Shown here piece after piece: positions 1 to 8,109 of a stretch of DNA of 24,000 bases. Position numbers and translations under genes: made by a program. How positions within the stretch are numbered: position 1 is the stretch's first letter; each line of letters opens with the position of its first letter. The DNA is from an uncultured Thermoleophilaceae bacterium (GTDB lineage Bacteria > Actinomycetota > Thermoleophilia > Solirubrobacterales > Thermoleophilaceae). Under the pieces are notes generated by a model, which saw only the letters and a list, made by a program, of their open reading frames with translations, was not told the DNA's origin and did not search any database. The DNA lies in the NCBI GenBank assembly GCA_963808875.1, contig CAWEHM010000033.1, positions 98,253-122,252 of the forward strand. The letters are read 5' to 3'.

Positions 1-966
1 GACGTCCTCGCGCGGCACCGTGAAGGACATGTCCGCCAGGTGGCCCTCGGACTGCGGCTCGTTCTGGATGATCATGTCCACGTTGATGTTCGCGTCGGCC
101 AGCGCGGTGAGCACGCGGCCGGCGATGCCGGGCACGTCCGGAAGACCCGTGAGCGTGATGCGGGCCTCCCCGGTGGAGTGGGTCACGGCTGTAACGAGCG
201 GTCGTTCCATTGTCTGGTCCTCGTCCTGGATCACGGTACCGGCTCCGTCGTCGAAGCTGGACCTGCAGTGGATCGTGATGCCGTGGTTGCGCGCGTACTC
301 CACGGAGCGGAGCTGCAGCACGCCGGCGCCGCTCGCCGACATCTCGAGCATCTCCTCGAAGGTGAGCACGGGCAGCTTGCGCGCGTTCGGCACGATCCGC
401 GGGTCTGCGCTGAACACGCCCGCGACGTCGGTGTATATCTCGCATACGTCGGCACCGAGCGCGGCCGCGACCGCGACCGCGGTGGTGTCCGAGCCGCCGC
501 GGCCGAGTGTCGTCACGTCGAGCGATTCCTGGGACACGCCCTGGAAGCCGGCCACGAGAACGATCTTGCCGGCGTCGAGCCCGCGCCGGATGCGGTCCGC
601 CTTCACCTCGATGATCTTCGCCTTGGTGTGGCCGCTGTCCGTGACGATCCCGGCCTGGGAGCCGGTCAGCGAGATCGCCTCGTGACCGAGATCGTTGATC
701 ACCATCGCCGCGAGGGCGCAGGTCACGCGCTCGCCCGTGGAGAGCAGCATGTCCATCTCGCGCGGGTCGGGGCGGTCGGAGACCTCATAGGCGAGCGAGA
801 CGAGCTCGTCGGTGTGCTTGCCGCGCGCGGACAGCACGGCCACCACGTTCGTGCCCGCCTCCTTGGCGATCACGATCCGCTTGGCCGCGCGCTTGATGCG
901 CTCGGCGTCGGCGACGGAGGTGCCGCCGAACTTCATGACAACGGTGTCGGAGCCGGGGTCCGGCAT
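1..966 (-). CDS. lysC: aspartate kinase, 5' part (C-terminal ~90 aa lie left of the window)
   Basis: Absent from the ORF track because it runs off the left edge. Reverse-strand translation from ATG 966 reads MPDPGSDTVVMKFGGTSVADAERIKRAAKRIVIAKEAGTNVVAVLSARGKHTDELV...TTLGRGGSDTTAVAVAAALGADVCEIYTDVAGVFSADPRIVPNARKL...MERPLVTAVTHSTGEARITLTGLPDVPGIAGRVLTALADANINVDMIIQN. This gives the KFGGTS and GRGGSDTT kinase motifs followed by an ACT domain. Alternative start ATG 936. Plus-strand ORFs 20..685 and 40..981 are antisense shadows. Confidence 0.93.
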   Translation of the reverse strand, partial: MPDPGSDTVVMKFGGTSVADAERIKRAAKRIVIAKEAGTNVVAVLSARGKHTDELVSLAYEVSDRPDPREMDMLLSTGERVTCALAAMVINDLGHEAISLTGSQAGIVTDSGHTKAKIIEVKADRIRRGLDAGKIVLVAGFQGVSQESLDVTTLGRGGSDTTAVAVAAALGADVCEIYTDVAGVFSADPRIVPNARKLPVLTFEEMLEMSASGAGVLQLRSVEYARNHGITIHCRSSFDDGAGTVIQDEDQTMERPLVTAVTHSTGEARITLTGLPDVPGIAGRVLTALADANINVDMIIQNEPQSEGHLADMSFTVPREDV

Positions 967-2239
967 GACGGGCAACGATAGCTTTCCACCGGTGCCCGCT
1001 GAATCGGCCCGGCGCCGTCTCGCACTGGCCGTGCTGGCCGCGATCGCGCTCGCCGCGGTAACGGCCGGGGTGGTGGTGGGGGCCGGCCACGGAGACGGCG
1101 GCGAGACCGCCTCTGACGTTCCCTCGCCGGGCCGCGGCACTCCGAAGGAGCACATCTCGTTCCTCGCGAAGATCGTGCCGCCGCCGGCCGAATCCCAGCG
1201 CGGGCAGGGATCGCCTGTGCCGAAGAGCGTGGCCGACCTCGCGCGCCGCCTGCCACTCGAGCGCAAGGTCGCGCAGCTGTTCGTCCTCGGCTTCAGGGGC
1301 ACCGACACCTCCGCCGACATCTTCGGCCGGCTCGCGCGGCTCGACCTGGGCGGCGTGGTGCTCTCGGACGGGAACTACGTGGACGTGACCCAGCTCGGAA
1401 CGCTCGCCAACGAGGTGGCGACGGTCGCGCGCGAGCACCACCACGTGCCGCCGTGGGTGTTCGCCAGCCAGGAGGGCGGCGAGCTCAATTCGTTCCCGGA
1501 TCTCCCGCCGACCGCCGCGCCCGCGGACCTGAGCTCGGCGCGCGAGGCTGAGTCGCAGGCTCGGCGCTCAGCGAAGAGCCTGCTGGCACTCGGGATCAAC
1601 GCGGTGCTCGGGCCGGTCGTGGACGTGGGCAGCTCGGAGACCGGCTCGGCGCTCGGCTCGCGCGTGTACTCGGACTCCCCGGACGAGGTGGCCAACTACG
1701 CGGACAGGGTGGTCCGGGCCTACCGCGCCGAGCACGTGTTCAGCTCGGCCGCGCACTTCCCCGGCCTGGGCGCGACCGACCAGTCCACCGAGGACGGGCC
1801 CGCCACCGTCGGGCTCGGCCTCGACGAGCTGCGCCAGCGGGACCTGGTGCCGTTCCGCGCGGCGATCGACGCCGGCGTGCCGGGGGTGACGGTCGCGTCC
1901 GCGCTCTACCCGTTCAGCGACTTCACGGTCCCCGCGTCGCTGTCACGCCAGGTCGACACGACGGTGCTTCGCCGCGAGATGCGCTTCAAGGGCGTGGCGA
2001 TGACGGACGACCTCGCCGACCCCGGGATCACGACGCTCCACACCATTCCCGACGCGGCCGTGCTGGCGCTGCGGGCGGGAGCGGACGCGCTCTACATCTC
2101 AGGCGCCACCGGCGACCAGCAGGCCGCGTACATCGCGGTGCTGCGAGCGGTGCAGCGCGGCCGCATACCGCGCCGCCGGCTCGACGAGGCGGTCGGCCGC
2201 ATCCTGCTGGCGAAGCAGGACTACGGGCTGATCCGCTGA
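965..2239 (+). CDS. glycoside hydrolase family 3 N-terminal-domain protein (NagZ/LpqI-like beta-N-acetylhexosaminidase), membrane-anchored or secreted
   Basis: ORF 812..2239 trimmed to ATG 965 (alternative GTG 992) because the upstream part is antisense to lysC. N-terminus is RRRLALAVLAAIALAAVTAGVVVG (signal peptide or anchor). GH3 motifs: KVAQLFVLGF, GGVVLS, ASQEGGE, GINAVLGPVVDV, AAHFPGLG. Confidence 0.85.
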   Translation: MTGNDSFPPVPAESARRRLALAVLAAIALAAVTAGVVVGAGHGDGGETASDVPSPGRGTPKEHISFLAKIVPPPAESQRGQGSPVPKSVADLARRLPLERKVAQLFVLGFRGTDTSADIFGRLARLDLGGVVLSDGNYVDVTQLGTLANEVATVAREHHHVPPWVFASQEGGELNSFPDLPPTAAPADLSSAREAESQARRSAKSLLALGINAVLGPVVDVGSSETGSALGSRVYSDSPDEVANYADRVVRAYRAEHVFSSAAHFPGLGATDQSTEDGPATVGLGLDELRQRDLVPFRAAIDAGVPGVTVASALYPFSDFTVPASLSRQVDTTVLRREMRFKGVAMTDDLADPGITTLHTIPDAAVLALRAGADALYISGATGDQQAAYIAVLRAVQRGRIPRRRLDEAVGRILLAKQDYGLIR

Positions 2240-4212
2240 AGCTCGACGCGGTTGTCGTTGAACGTGGGCGCGTTGCCCTCGGCCGTCAGGAGCTGTGAGG
2301 TCGTGGCCTGGCCGCTGCGGCGGTCCGGGTAGTCGTCGTTCCACCACCCCATCGGGGCCACGAGCACGCCGGGGCGGGCGTCGTCGGAGACGCGGGCGGC
2401 GCAGCTGAAGGAGCCGCGGTCGTTGAACACGCGCACCGCCACGCCGTCCTCGATGCCGCGTGCGGCGGCGTCCTCGGGGCTCACCACCACCTCGGGCGCC
2501 GGCTGCGCCGAGTGCTGCCGGCGCTGGTTGGCGAAGGTCGAGTTGAGGAACAGGTGCGTCTTGGGCGTGACGAGCGCGAGCGGGAAGCGCTCGGCGAGCA
2601 CCGCGTCGGCGACCTCCGCGGGCGGCTCGTACCGCGCGTGCATGGCCGCGCGGCCGCTGGCCGTGCCGAAGCCGCCGCTCGCATGCGGGATCGGCCCCTG
2701 GCCGAGGTCCACCTTGGTCCAGCCGCGCTCGCGCAGTCCGTTCTCCTCGAAGCCGGCGAGCAATTGCTCCACAAGCTCCGCGTCGCTGTCCCGGAAGCAA
2801 GGATCGTCGAAGCCGAGCCGCTCGGCCAGGAGGCGGAACGTCTCCGTGACCGGCTTCGCCTCCTCGAGTGGCTCGATCGCCGGCTCGTTCCACGTCACGT
2901 AGTGATGCCCCCACGAGAACACCACGTCGAGGTGCTCGAGCTGGGTGGTGGCCGGGAGGATCACGTCGGCGTGCTGTGCGGTGTCGGTCATGAACTGCTC
3001 GAGCACAACGGTGAAGAGGTCGTCGCGGGCGAGCCCTTCGAGCACACGCTCCTGATCGGGCGCGATCGAGGCGGGGTTCGAGCTCCAGCAGACGAGCGCC
3101 TTCACCGGCGGGTCCATCGCGGGGTCGGTGAGTGCCTCGCCGAGGCGTGACATGTTGATCGTTCGCACCGGAGCGGGACAGAGATCCTCGCGCTGGAGCA
3201 GGACGTTGCTGATCGCCCCGGCCGTGGCTGTCGGGATGTAGGAGAAGCCGCCGCCGCGATCCCTCCAGGCGCCGGTGAGGAGCGGCAGCGTGGAGACCGT
3301 GGCGTACGCGGCCGGCGCGCCGGCGTGGCGCTGGGCGCCCACGCCGAGCCGGAGCAGCGCGGGCCGCGTGGATGCGAACTCGCGACCCACGCGGGCGATC
3401 GTCTCGGCGTCGACCCCGCACTGCGCCGCGCACTCCTCGACGGTGGTGCGGCCGAGCTCGTCGAGAAGCTCGTCGTAGCCCTCGGTGTGCGCCCGGCACC
3501 ACTCGTCGTCGTGGAGACCGGCGTCGACGATCGCGCGCATCATCCCGATGGCGAGGGCGGCGTCGGTGCCCGGCAGCGGGCGGAGGTGCTCGTCGGCGAG
3601 GCGGGCCGTGCGGCTGCGGAAGGGATCCACCACCACGAGCCGCGCTCCCTGGCTGCGCGCGTCGAGCAGCTTGCGCCAGAGGTGCGGCGCGGTGGACAGC
3701 GGGTTCCAGCCCCAGATCAGGAGGAAGCGGGCGTTCGGCCACTCCTCCGGGTCCACCTCCGGCGACACGCCGTGCGCCTGAAGCGTGCCGGTGATCCCGG
3801 CCGTCGCGCAGATCGTTCGCTCGAGTGACGAGGCCCCGAGCGCGTTCATCACGCGCGCGGACATGGTGTTGCCCTGGATCAGGCCCTGCGTGCCCATGTA
3901 GCTGTACGGGAGGATCGACTCGCCGCCGAACCCGTCGCGCGCCCGGAGCAGCGCCTCGGCCACCCGGTCGAGCGCCTCGTCCCAGGAGGCGCGCCGGAAG
4001 CCGCCGTCCTCGCGCACCATCGGGTGGAGGATGCGGTGCTCCGAGTAGACGCGGTCGAGGTAGTTCGAGACCTTCCCGCAGAGGAAGCCGACCGTGATGG
4101 GGTGATCGGGATCGCCGGCGACCTTCTGCGCCCGCCCGTCCTCGACCGTCACGTGCATCGCGCAGGTGTCGGGACAGTCGTGCGGGCACGCGCCTCGCAC
4201 GATGGATGTCAT
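2221..4212 (-). CDS. molybdopterin (bis-MGD) oxidoreductase family protein with N-terminal 4Fe-4S motif
   Basis: 663-aa ORF. N-terminal CPHDCPDTCAM...FLCGKV is a C-x2-C-x3-C...C cluster motif. The body is MopB-like (ILPYSYMGTQG, LLIWGWNP, VVVDPFRSRTA) with a C-terminal barrel (VVSPEDAAARGIEDGVAVRVFNDRGSF). Its 3' end overlaps the GH3 3' end by 19 nt, convergently. Confidence 0.85.
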   Translation of the reverse strand: MTSIVRGACPHDCPDTCAMHVTVEDGRAQKVAGDPDHPITVGFLCGKVSNYLDRVYSEHRILHPMVREDGGFRRASWDEALDRVAEALLRARDGFGGESILPYSYMGTQGLIQGNTMSARVMNALGASSLERTICATAGITGTLQAHGVSPEVDPEEWPNARFLLIWGWNPLSTAPHLWRKLLDARSQGARLVVVDPFRSRTARLADEHLRPLPGTDAALAIGMMRAIVDAGLHDDEWCRAHTEGYDELLDELGRTTVEECAAQCGVDAETIARVGREFASTRPALLRLGVGAQRHAGAPAAYATVSTLPLLTGAWRDRGGGFSYIPTATAGAISNVLLQREDLCPAPVRTINMSRLGEALTDPAMDPPVKALVCWSSNPASIAPDQERVLEGLARDDLFTVVLEQFMTDTAQHADVILPATTQLEHLDVVFSWGHHYVTWNEPAIEPLEEAKPVTETFRLLAERLGFDDPCFRDSDAELVEQLLAGFEENGLRERGWTKVDLGQGPIPHASGGFGTASGRAAMHARYEPPAEVADAVLAERFPLALVTPKTHLFLNSTFANQRRQHSAQPAPEVVVSPEDAAARGIEDGVAVRVFNDRGSFSCAARVSDDARPGVLVAPMGWWNDDYPDRRSGQATTSQLLTAEGNAPTFNDNRVELQRISP

Positions 4213-4218
4213 GGCTGC

Positions 4219-4239
4219 GCGCCGGGCACCGCCCGGCGC
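4219..4239 (-). terminator. perfect 9-bp GC hairpin between recR stop and the oxidoreductase start (possible recR terminator or 5'UTR structure)
   Basis: GCGCCGGGC-ACC-GCCCGGCGC read directly from the sequence. There is no U-tract on either strand, so the function is uncertain. Confidence 0.3.
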
Positions 4240-4276
4240 TTGCCCAAGGCGGCCATGCGTCCGATCCTACGCCGCT

Positions 4277-4879
4277 CTAGATGGTCTGGCGACCGCGGAG
4301 CGCACGGCCCAGCGTGATCTCGTCCGCGTACTCGAGGTCCGAGCCCACCGGGAGGCCGCTGGCCAGCCGGGTCACGACCACCTCGGGCGCGCGCTCGCGC
4401 AGGGCGTCGGCCAGGTAGAGAGCGGTGGCCTCGCCGGTCGTGGTCGCGTTCGTGGCGATCACGACCTCGCGGATCGGGGTGCCGTTGTCCACCCGCCCGA
4501 GCAGCTCGGCGATGTGGAGGTCCTCGGGATCGACTCCGTCGATCGGCGACAGCGCGCCCCCGAGCACGTGGTAGCGGCCGTGGAACTCGCCGGAACGCTC
4601 GATCGGGATCACGTCGCTCGGCTGCTCGACCACGCAGATGGTGGCCTGCTCGCGCCGTTCGTCCTGGCAGATGCGGCAGGTCGACTCCGTGGCGAGGTTG
4701 AAGCACACCTCGCAGTGGCCGACGGTGGCCTTCACCTCCCGGATGGCCTCGGCGAGCCCGAGCGCCTCCTCCTCGGAGACGCTGAGGATGTGGAAGGCGA
4801 GCCGCTGTGCCGTGCGCTGGCCGATGCCGGGCAGGCGGGCGAGCTCGGTGATGAGCCTGTTGACCGGTGCTGCGAACAA
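4277..4879 (-). CDS. recR: recombination protein RecR
   Basis: ORF 4277..5110 trimmed to TTG 4879. (M)FAAPVNRLITELARLPGIGQRTAQRLAFHIL then matches the RecR N-terminus position for position, as I recall the mycobacterial protein. C4 zinc finger CEVCFNLATESTCRIC, Toprim region ICVVEQPSDVIPIE, GRYHVLGGALSP, and a C-terminal LASGLPVGSDLEYADEITL. Confidence 0.92.
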   Translation of the reverse strand: MFAAPVNRLITELARLPGIGQRTAQRLAFHILSVSEEEALGLAEAIREVKATVGHCEVCFNLATESTCRICQDERREQATICVVEQPSDVIPIERSGEFHGRYHVLGGALSPIDGVDPEDLHIAELLGRVDNGTPIREVVIATNATTTGEATALYLADALRERAPEVVVTRLASGLPVGSDLEYADEITLGRALRGRQTI

Positions 4880-4927
4880 GGCCGTCAAGCGTAGCTTCGC
4901 GGGCGGCGGCGACAGTACGCTCCGCGG

Positions 4928-6018
4928 GTGCCCTCCGCGGTCGTCATCGGGGCCGGCGTCTTCGGCGCCTCGCTCGCCGACAGGCTCGCGCGCGACGGTT
5001 GGGAGGTCACGCTGGTCGAGCGCCTCGAGCCCGGTCATCCGAGGGCCGAATCCGGCGGCGAGACGCGCCTCATCCGCAGCCTGCACGGGCCCGACGCGTT
5101 CTACATGCACTCCTCCCGGCGGGCGCTCGAGCTGTGGCGGAGCTCGACGGGGTGCTGGAGGAGATCGGGCTGGTCTGGTTCGCGCGGCGTGAGGACGGCT
5201 GGGAGGCGGACGGCGAGCGCGTGCTGCGCGCCGCCGGTGTGCCGGTCGAGCGGCTCGAGCCCGGGGAGGCGTGCCGCATGTTCCCGAGCCTGGCCGTCGA
5301 CGACCTCGCCTTCGTGCTTCACGAGCCGGAGGGCGGCGTGCTGCGGGCGGCGGAGGGTGTGCGGGCGCTGGTCGCCCGGGCGCGCGAGGCGGGCGCGCAG
5401 CTCCTCGCCGGCGAGGCCCACCCGGACGGGGCGGCGGTCCGGTTCGGCTCCGACCGGCTCGAGGCGGACGCGGTCGTGTGGGCGTGTGGGGCCTGGCTCG
5501 GGCATCTGTTCTCGGACCTGGTGCGTCTGCGCGTCACGTTGCAACAGCTCACGCTGTTCGACGTGCCGCCCGAATGGCGTGGGCCCGGGTGGGTCGACTT
5601 CGACGCCGCCTTCTACGGCCACGGCCTCGTGGAGCCGCACGGGATGAAGGTGGCGGCCGACCACGACGGCGTCGAGGTGGACCCGGACGAGCGGCCGCTC
5701 GAGGCCACGCCGGAGGCGGCCGAACAGGCGCGCGAGTACGTGGCCCACCGCTTCCCCGCGCTCGCCTCCGCGCCCGTGTGCGGAACGCCCGCCTGCCACT
5801 ACGGGCTCACGGCGGACGGCCAGTTCCTCTTCGACCGCCACCCGGAGCACCCGGGCGTCTGGCTCCTCGGCGGGGGGTCGGGGCACGGCTACAAGCACGG
5901 GCCGGCGCTGGCCGAGCATGTGGCGGCCGTGCTCGCCGGCCGGGAACAGCCCGAGCCGCGCTTCGCCCTGGGCGAGCGCACCCGCTCGCGCAGCCTGCGC
6001 ACCGCGGGCGCGGGCTGA
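4928..6018 (+). pseudogene. FAD-dependent oxidoreductase (DAO / sarcosine-oxidase-like), one frame break near 5138-5142
   Basis: N-terminus in frame 2 (ORF 4928..): MPSAVVIGAGVFGASLADRLARDGWEVTLVE...SGGETRLIR...RRALELWR. The rest is in frame 1 (ORF 4867..6018): ELDGVLEEIGLVWFA...GGGSGHGYKHGPALAEHVA. The join CTG TGG CGG / GAG CTC needs one missing base, and 1091+1 = 1092 nt = 364 codons. Confidence 0.8.
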
Positions 6019-6039
6019 AACCGAGGCGGCGGGCGCGGT

Positions 6040-6381
6040 CTAGAAGCCGGGCAGCCCCAGGCCGCCGAGCCCGCCGGGGCCGGCCAGGCCGCCCGCCGCG
6101 GCGTTCATCTTCGACGCGGCCAGCTCCTGAGCCGAGCGGATCGCCTCGTTCACGGCCGCCTGGACCATGTCCTGGAGCATCTCGACGTCCTCGGGATCAA
6201 CGGCGCCGGGGTCGATGGTCAGCTCCTTCAGCTCCAGCTCGCCGCTGATCTTGACCGTGACCATCCCGCCGCCGGCGCTGGCCTCCACGACCTCGTTCTT
6301 CAGCTCCTCCTGAGCCTTCGCCATGTCGGCCTGCATCTTCTGGACCTGCTGCATCATCTGGTTCAGGTTGGGCTGACCCAT
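6040..6381 (-). CDS. ybaB: YbaB/EbfC family nucleoid-associated protein
   Basis: 113 aa: MGQPNLNQMMQQVQKMQADMAKAQEEL...GGGMVTVKISGELELKELTIDP...MLQDMVQAAVNEA. Start ATG overlaps the dnaX stop by 1 nt (TGATG). Classic dnaX-ybaB linkage. Confidence 0.93.
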   Translation of the reverse strand: MGQPNLNQMMQQVQKMQADMAKAQEELKNEVVEASAGGGMVTVKISGELELKELTIDPGAVDPEDVEMLQDMVQAAVNEAIRSAQELAASKMNAAAGGLAGPGGLGGLGLPGF

Positions 6382-8051
6382 CAGTCCTTCTCCTCATCGG
6401 GGTCTTCGAAGACTTCCTCCGCGCCGAACTCCGCCCGCAGCCGCTCGATCAGCTGGTCGCGGTCCAGCGTCGCGGGCCCGGCGGTCACCGCGACCTCGCT
6501 CAGCTCAAAGTCGAGAGCAAGCGACTGTCCGGTGATCCCGCGGACGGCATTCGCGACCAGATCGCGGCCTTTCTCTGCCTTCTTCTTCACGAAAGACGCA
6601 CCGGGCGGGAACGCGATGGTCAAGCGGTCGCGGTCGAGCGCGATAGGGGCCGCGGCGGCGAGCGCGTGGGAGAGGACTTCGTTCTCCTCCGGACGGCCTC
6701 GCGACCGCCGGCCAGAGCGCGACGATCTGATCGAGCTCCAGAGCACCGACCGGCTGCGCTGCCTCCTGTGGGGAAGCATCGACGGCGACCGCGGCGGCAG
6801 GAGCGGCCGAACGAGGGGCGGAACCGGGGTTTCCGCCTTCGGTGCCTGCCGATGCGACGCAGGAGCTGCCGCTTCGGCGGCGGGCGCTGTCGCGTCGCCG
6901 GAGACGGACTCGCCGAGCGCGGCCTCCAGCTGGTCGATCCGGAACATCAGGGCCTGTAGCGAGAGGTCGGCCTGCGGCTGGGTCGCCTTCAGCAGCGCCA
7001 TCTCCAGCTGGATGCGCGGCTCGCTGCCGTCCTTCACGGCGGCGATAGCCGAGGCCAGGAAGTCGATCGCGCGCAGGATCTCGCCCTGCGAGAGGCGGTC
7101 GGCCTGGGCGGACAGGCGATCGGTCTGCTCGGCCGTTACCGAGAAGGAGTCGGGCACGTGCCCGAGCGTCTGCACCACGAACAGGTGCCGCAGGTGCGCG
7201 GAGAGATCGCGCATGAACTGGGTGAAGTCGCGCCCGGACTCGGACAGCGACTGGACGGTGAGGAGCGCCGCCCGCGGATCGCGGTCAGCCAGCGCCTCGC
7301 CCGCCGCGAGCACCAGCTCGGCGTCCGCCACGCCCAGGATCTCGAGCACGTCGTCGAGCTTCACGTCGGTGCCGCCGTACGTCACGAGCTGCTCGAGCGT
7401 CCCGAGCGCGTCGCGGAACGAGCCGGTGGCCGCCCGGGCGAGCATGCCCACCGCCGGGTCCGGGATCTCGATCCCCTCCTCGGCCGCCACGCGCTTGATC
7501 ACGCTCGCGATCTGCTCGAGCGAGGGGCGCTGGAAGTCGAAGCGGTGGCAGCGGTCGATGATCGTGGCGGGCACCTTGTGCGCCTCGGTGGTCGCCAGCA
7601 CGAACACCACGTGCTGCGGCGGCTCCTCGAGCGTCTTCAGGAACGCGTTCCATGCCGCCGTGGTGAGCATGTGCGCCTCGTCGAGGATGTACACGCGCTT
7701 GCCGCCCTGCATCGGCGCGAGCGCCACGTTCTCGCGCAGCTCGCGGATGTCGTCGACTGAGTTGTTCGACGCCGCATCCATCTCCACCACGTCGAGCGAG
7801 GTTCCGCTCAGGATCGCCTGCGAGACCGGCGACGCGGGGTCGAAATCGGCGCGCGCGCCGCCCTCGGCGTTGAGCGCGCAGGCGAGCAGCTTCGCCATGG
7901 ACGTCTTGCCCGTGCCGCGCGAGCCGACGAACAGATAGGCGTGGTGGACCTTGTCCAGCTCGATCGCGTTGCGGAGCGTCTTGACGATGTGCTCCTGGCC
8001 CACCACCGCGTCGAATGTCCTGGGGCGGTGGCGGCGGTAGAGCGAAAGCAT
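6381..8051 (-). CDS. dnaX: DNA polymerase III subunit gamma/tau
   Basis: ORF 6381..8309 trimmed to ATG 8051 (MLSLYRRHRPRTFDAVVGQEHIV; alternative ATG 8066). Walker A GSRGTGKTS, YILDEAHMLT, SRC-like PATIIDRCHRFDF, and a C-terminal ...LDRDRLTIAFPPGASF... The linker at 6685-6840 probably hides compensating frame breaks (see findings). Confidence 0.9.
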   Translation of the reverse strand: MLSLYRRHRPRTFDAVVGQEHIVKTLRNAIELDKVHHAYLFVGSRGTGKTSMAKLLACALNAEGGARADFDPASPVSQAILSGTSLDVVEMDAASNNSVDDIRELRENVALAPMQGGKRVYILDEAHMLTTAAWNAFLKTLEEPPQHVVFVLATTEAHKVPATIIDRCHRFDFQRPSLEQIASVIKRVAAEEGIEIPDPAVGMLARAATGSFRDALGTLEQLVTYGGTDVKLDDVLEILGVADAELVLAAGEALADRDPRAALLTVQSLSESGRDFTQFMRDLSAHLRHLFVVQTLGHVPDSFSVTAEQTDRLSAQADRLSQGEILRAIDFLASAIAAVKDGSEPRIQLEMALLKATQPQADLSLQALMFRIDQLEAALGESVSGDATAPAAEAAAPASHRQAPKAETPVPPLVRPLLPPRSPSMLPHRRQRSRSVLWSSIRSSRSGRRSRGRPEENEVLSHALAAAAPIALDRDRLTIAFPPGASFVKKKAEKGRDLVANAVRGITGQSLALDFELSEVAVTAGPATLDRDQLIERLRAEFGAEEVFEDPDEEKD

Positions 8052-8109
8052 CGTTGAATCGAGCATAACCACCGCTTGGGCCGGAGGCCCGATTGCCGAT
8101 AAAAGCCAG

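Noticed and set aside
2099-4189. Very long ORFs such as 2099..4189(-), 5271..6248(+), 9087..11069(+), 11694..12890(-), 11876..13147(+), 17202..18698(+) and 8093..9220(+)
   Set aside because: These are Arg/Pro/Gly/Ala-rich translations in off-frames or antisense to clearly recognisable genes. They are the usual shadow ORFs of a ~70% GC genome, where stop codons are rare, and carry no family motifs.
4213-4276. Moco riboswitch upstream of the molybdopterin oxidoreductase, and a lysine riboswitch upstream of lysC
   Set aside because: The intergenic spaces (64 nt and essentially 0 nt) are far too short, and no conserved riboswitch cores are visible.
6571-6593. GTG AAG AAG AAG GCA GAG AAA in dnaX as a possible programmed-frameshift slippery site
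   Set aside because: It is not an A AAA AAG-type heptamer. It lies in the far C-terminal domain rather than at the gamma/tau boundary, and there is no downstream hairpin.
8078-8090. Small hairpin GGGCC-GGA-GGCCC between the dnaX and HD-GYP starts
   Set aside because: It has only a 5-bp stem and lies in a divergent promoter region. That is insufficient to call a feature.
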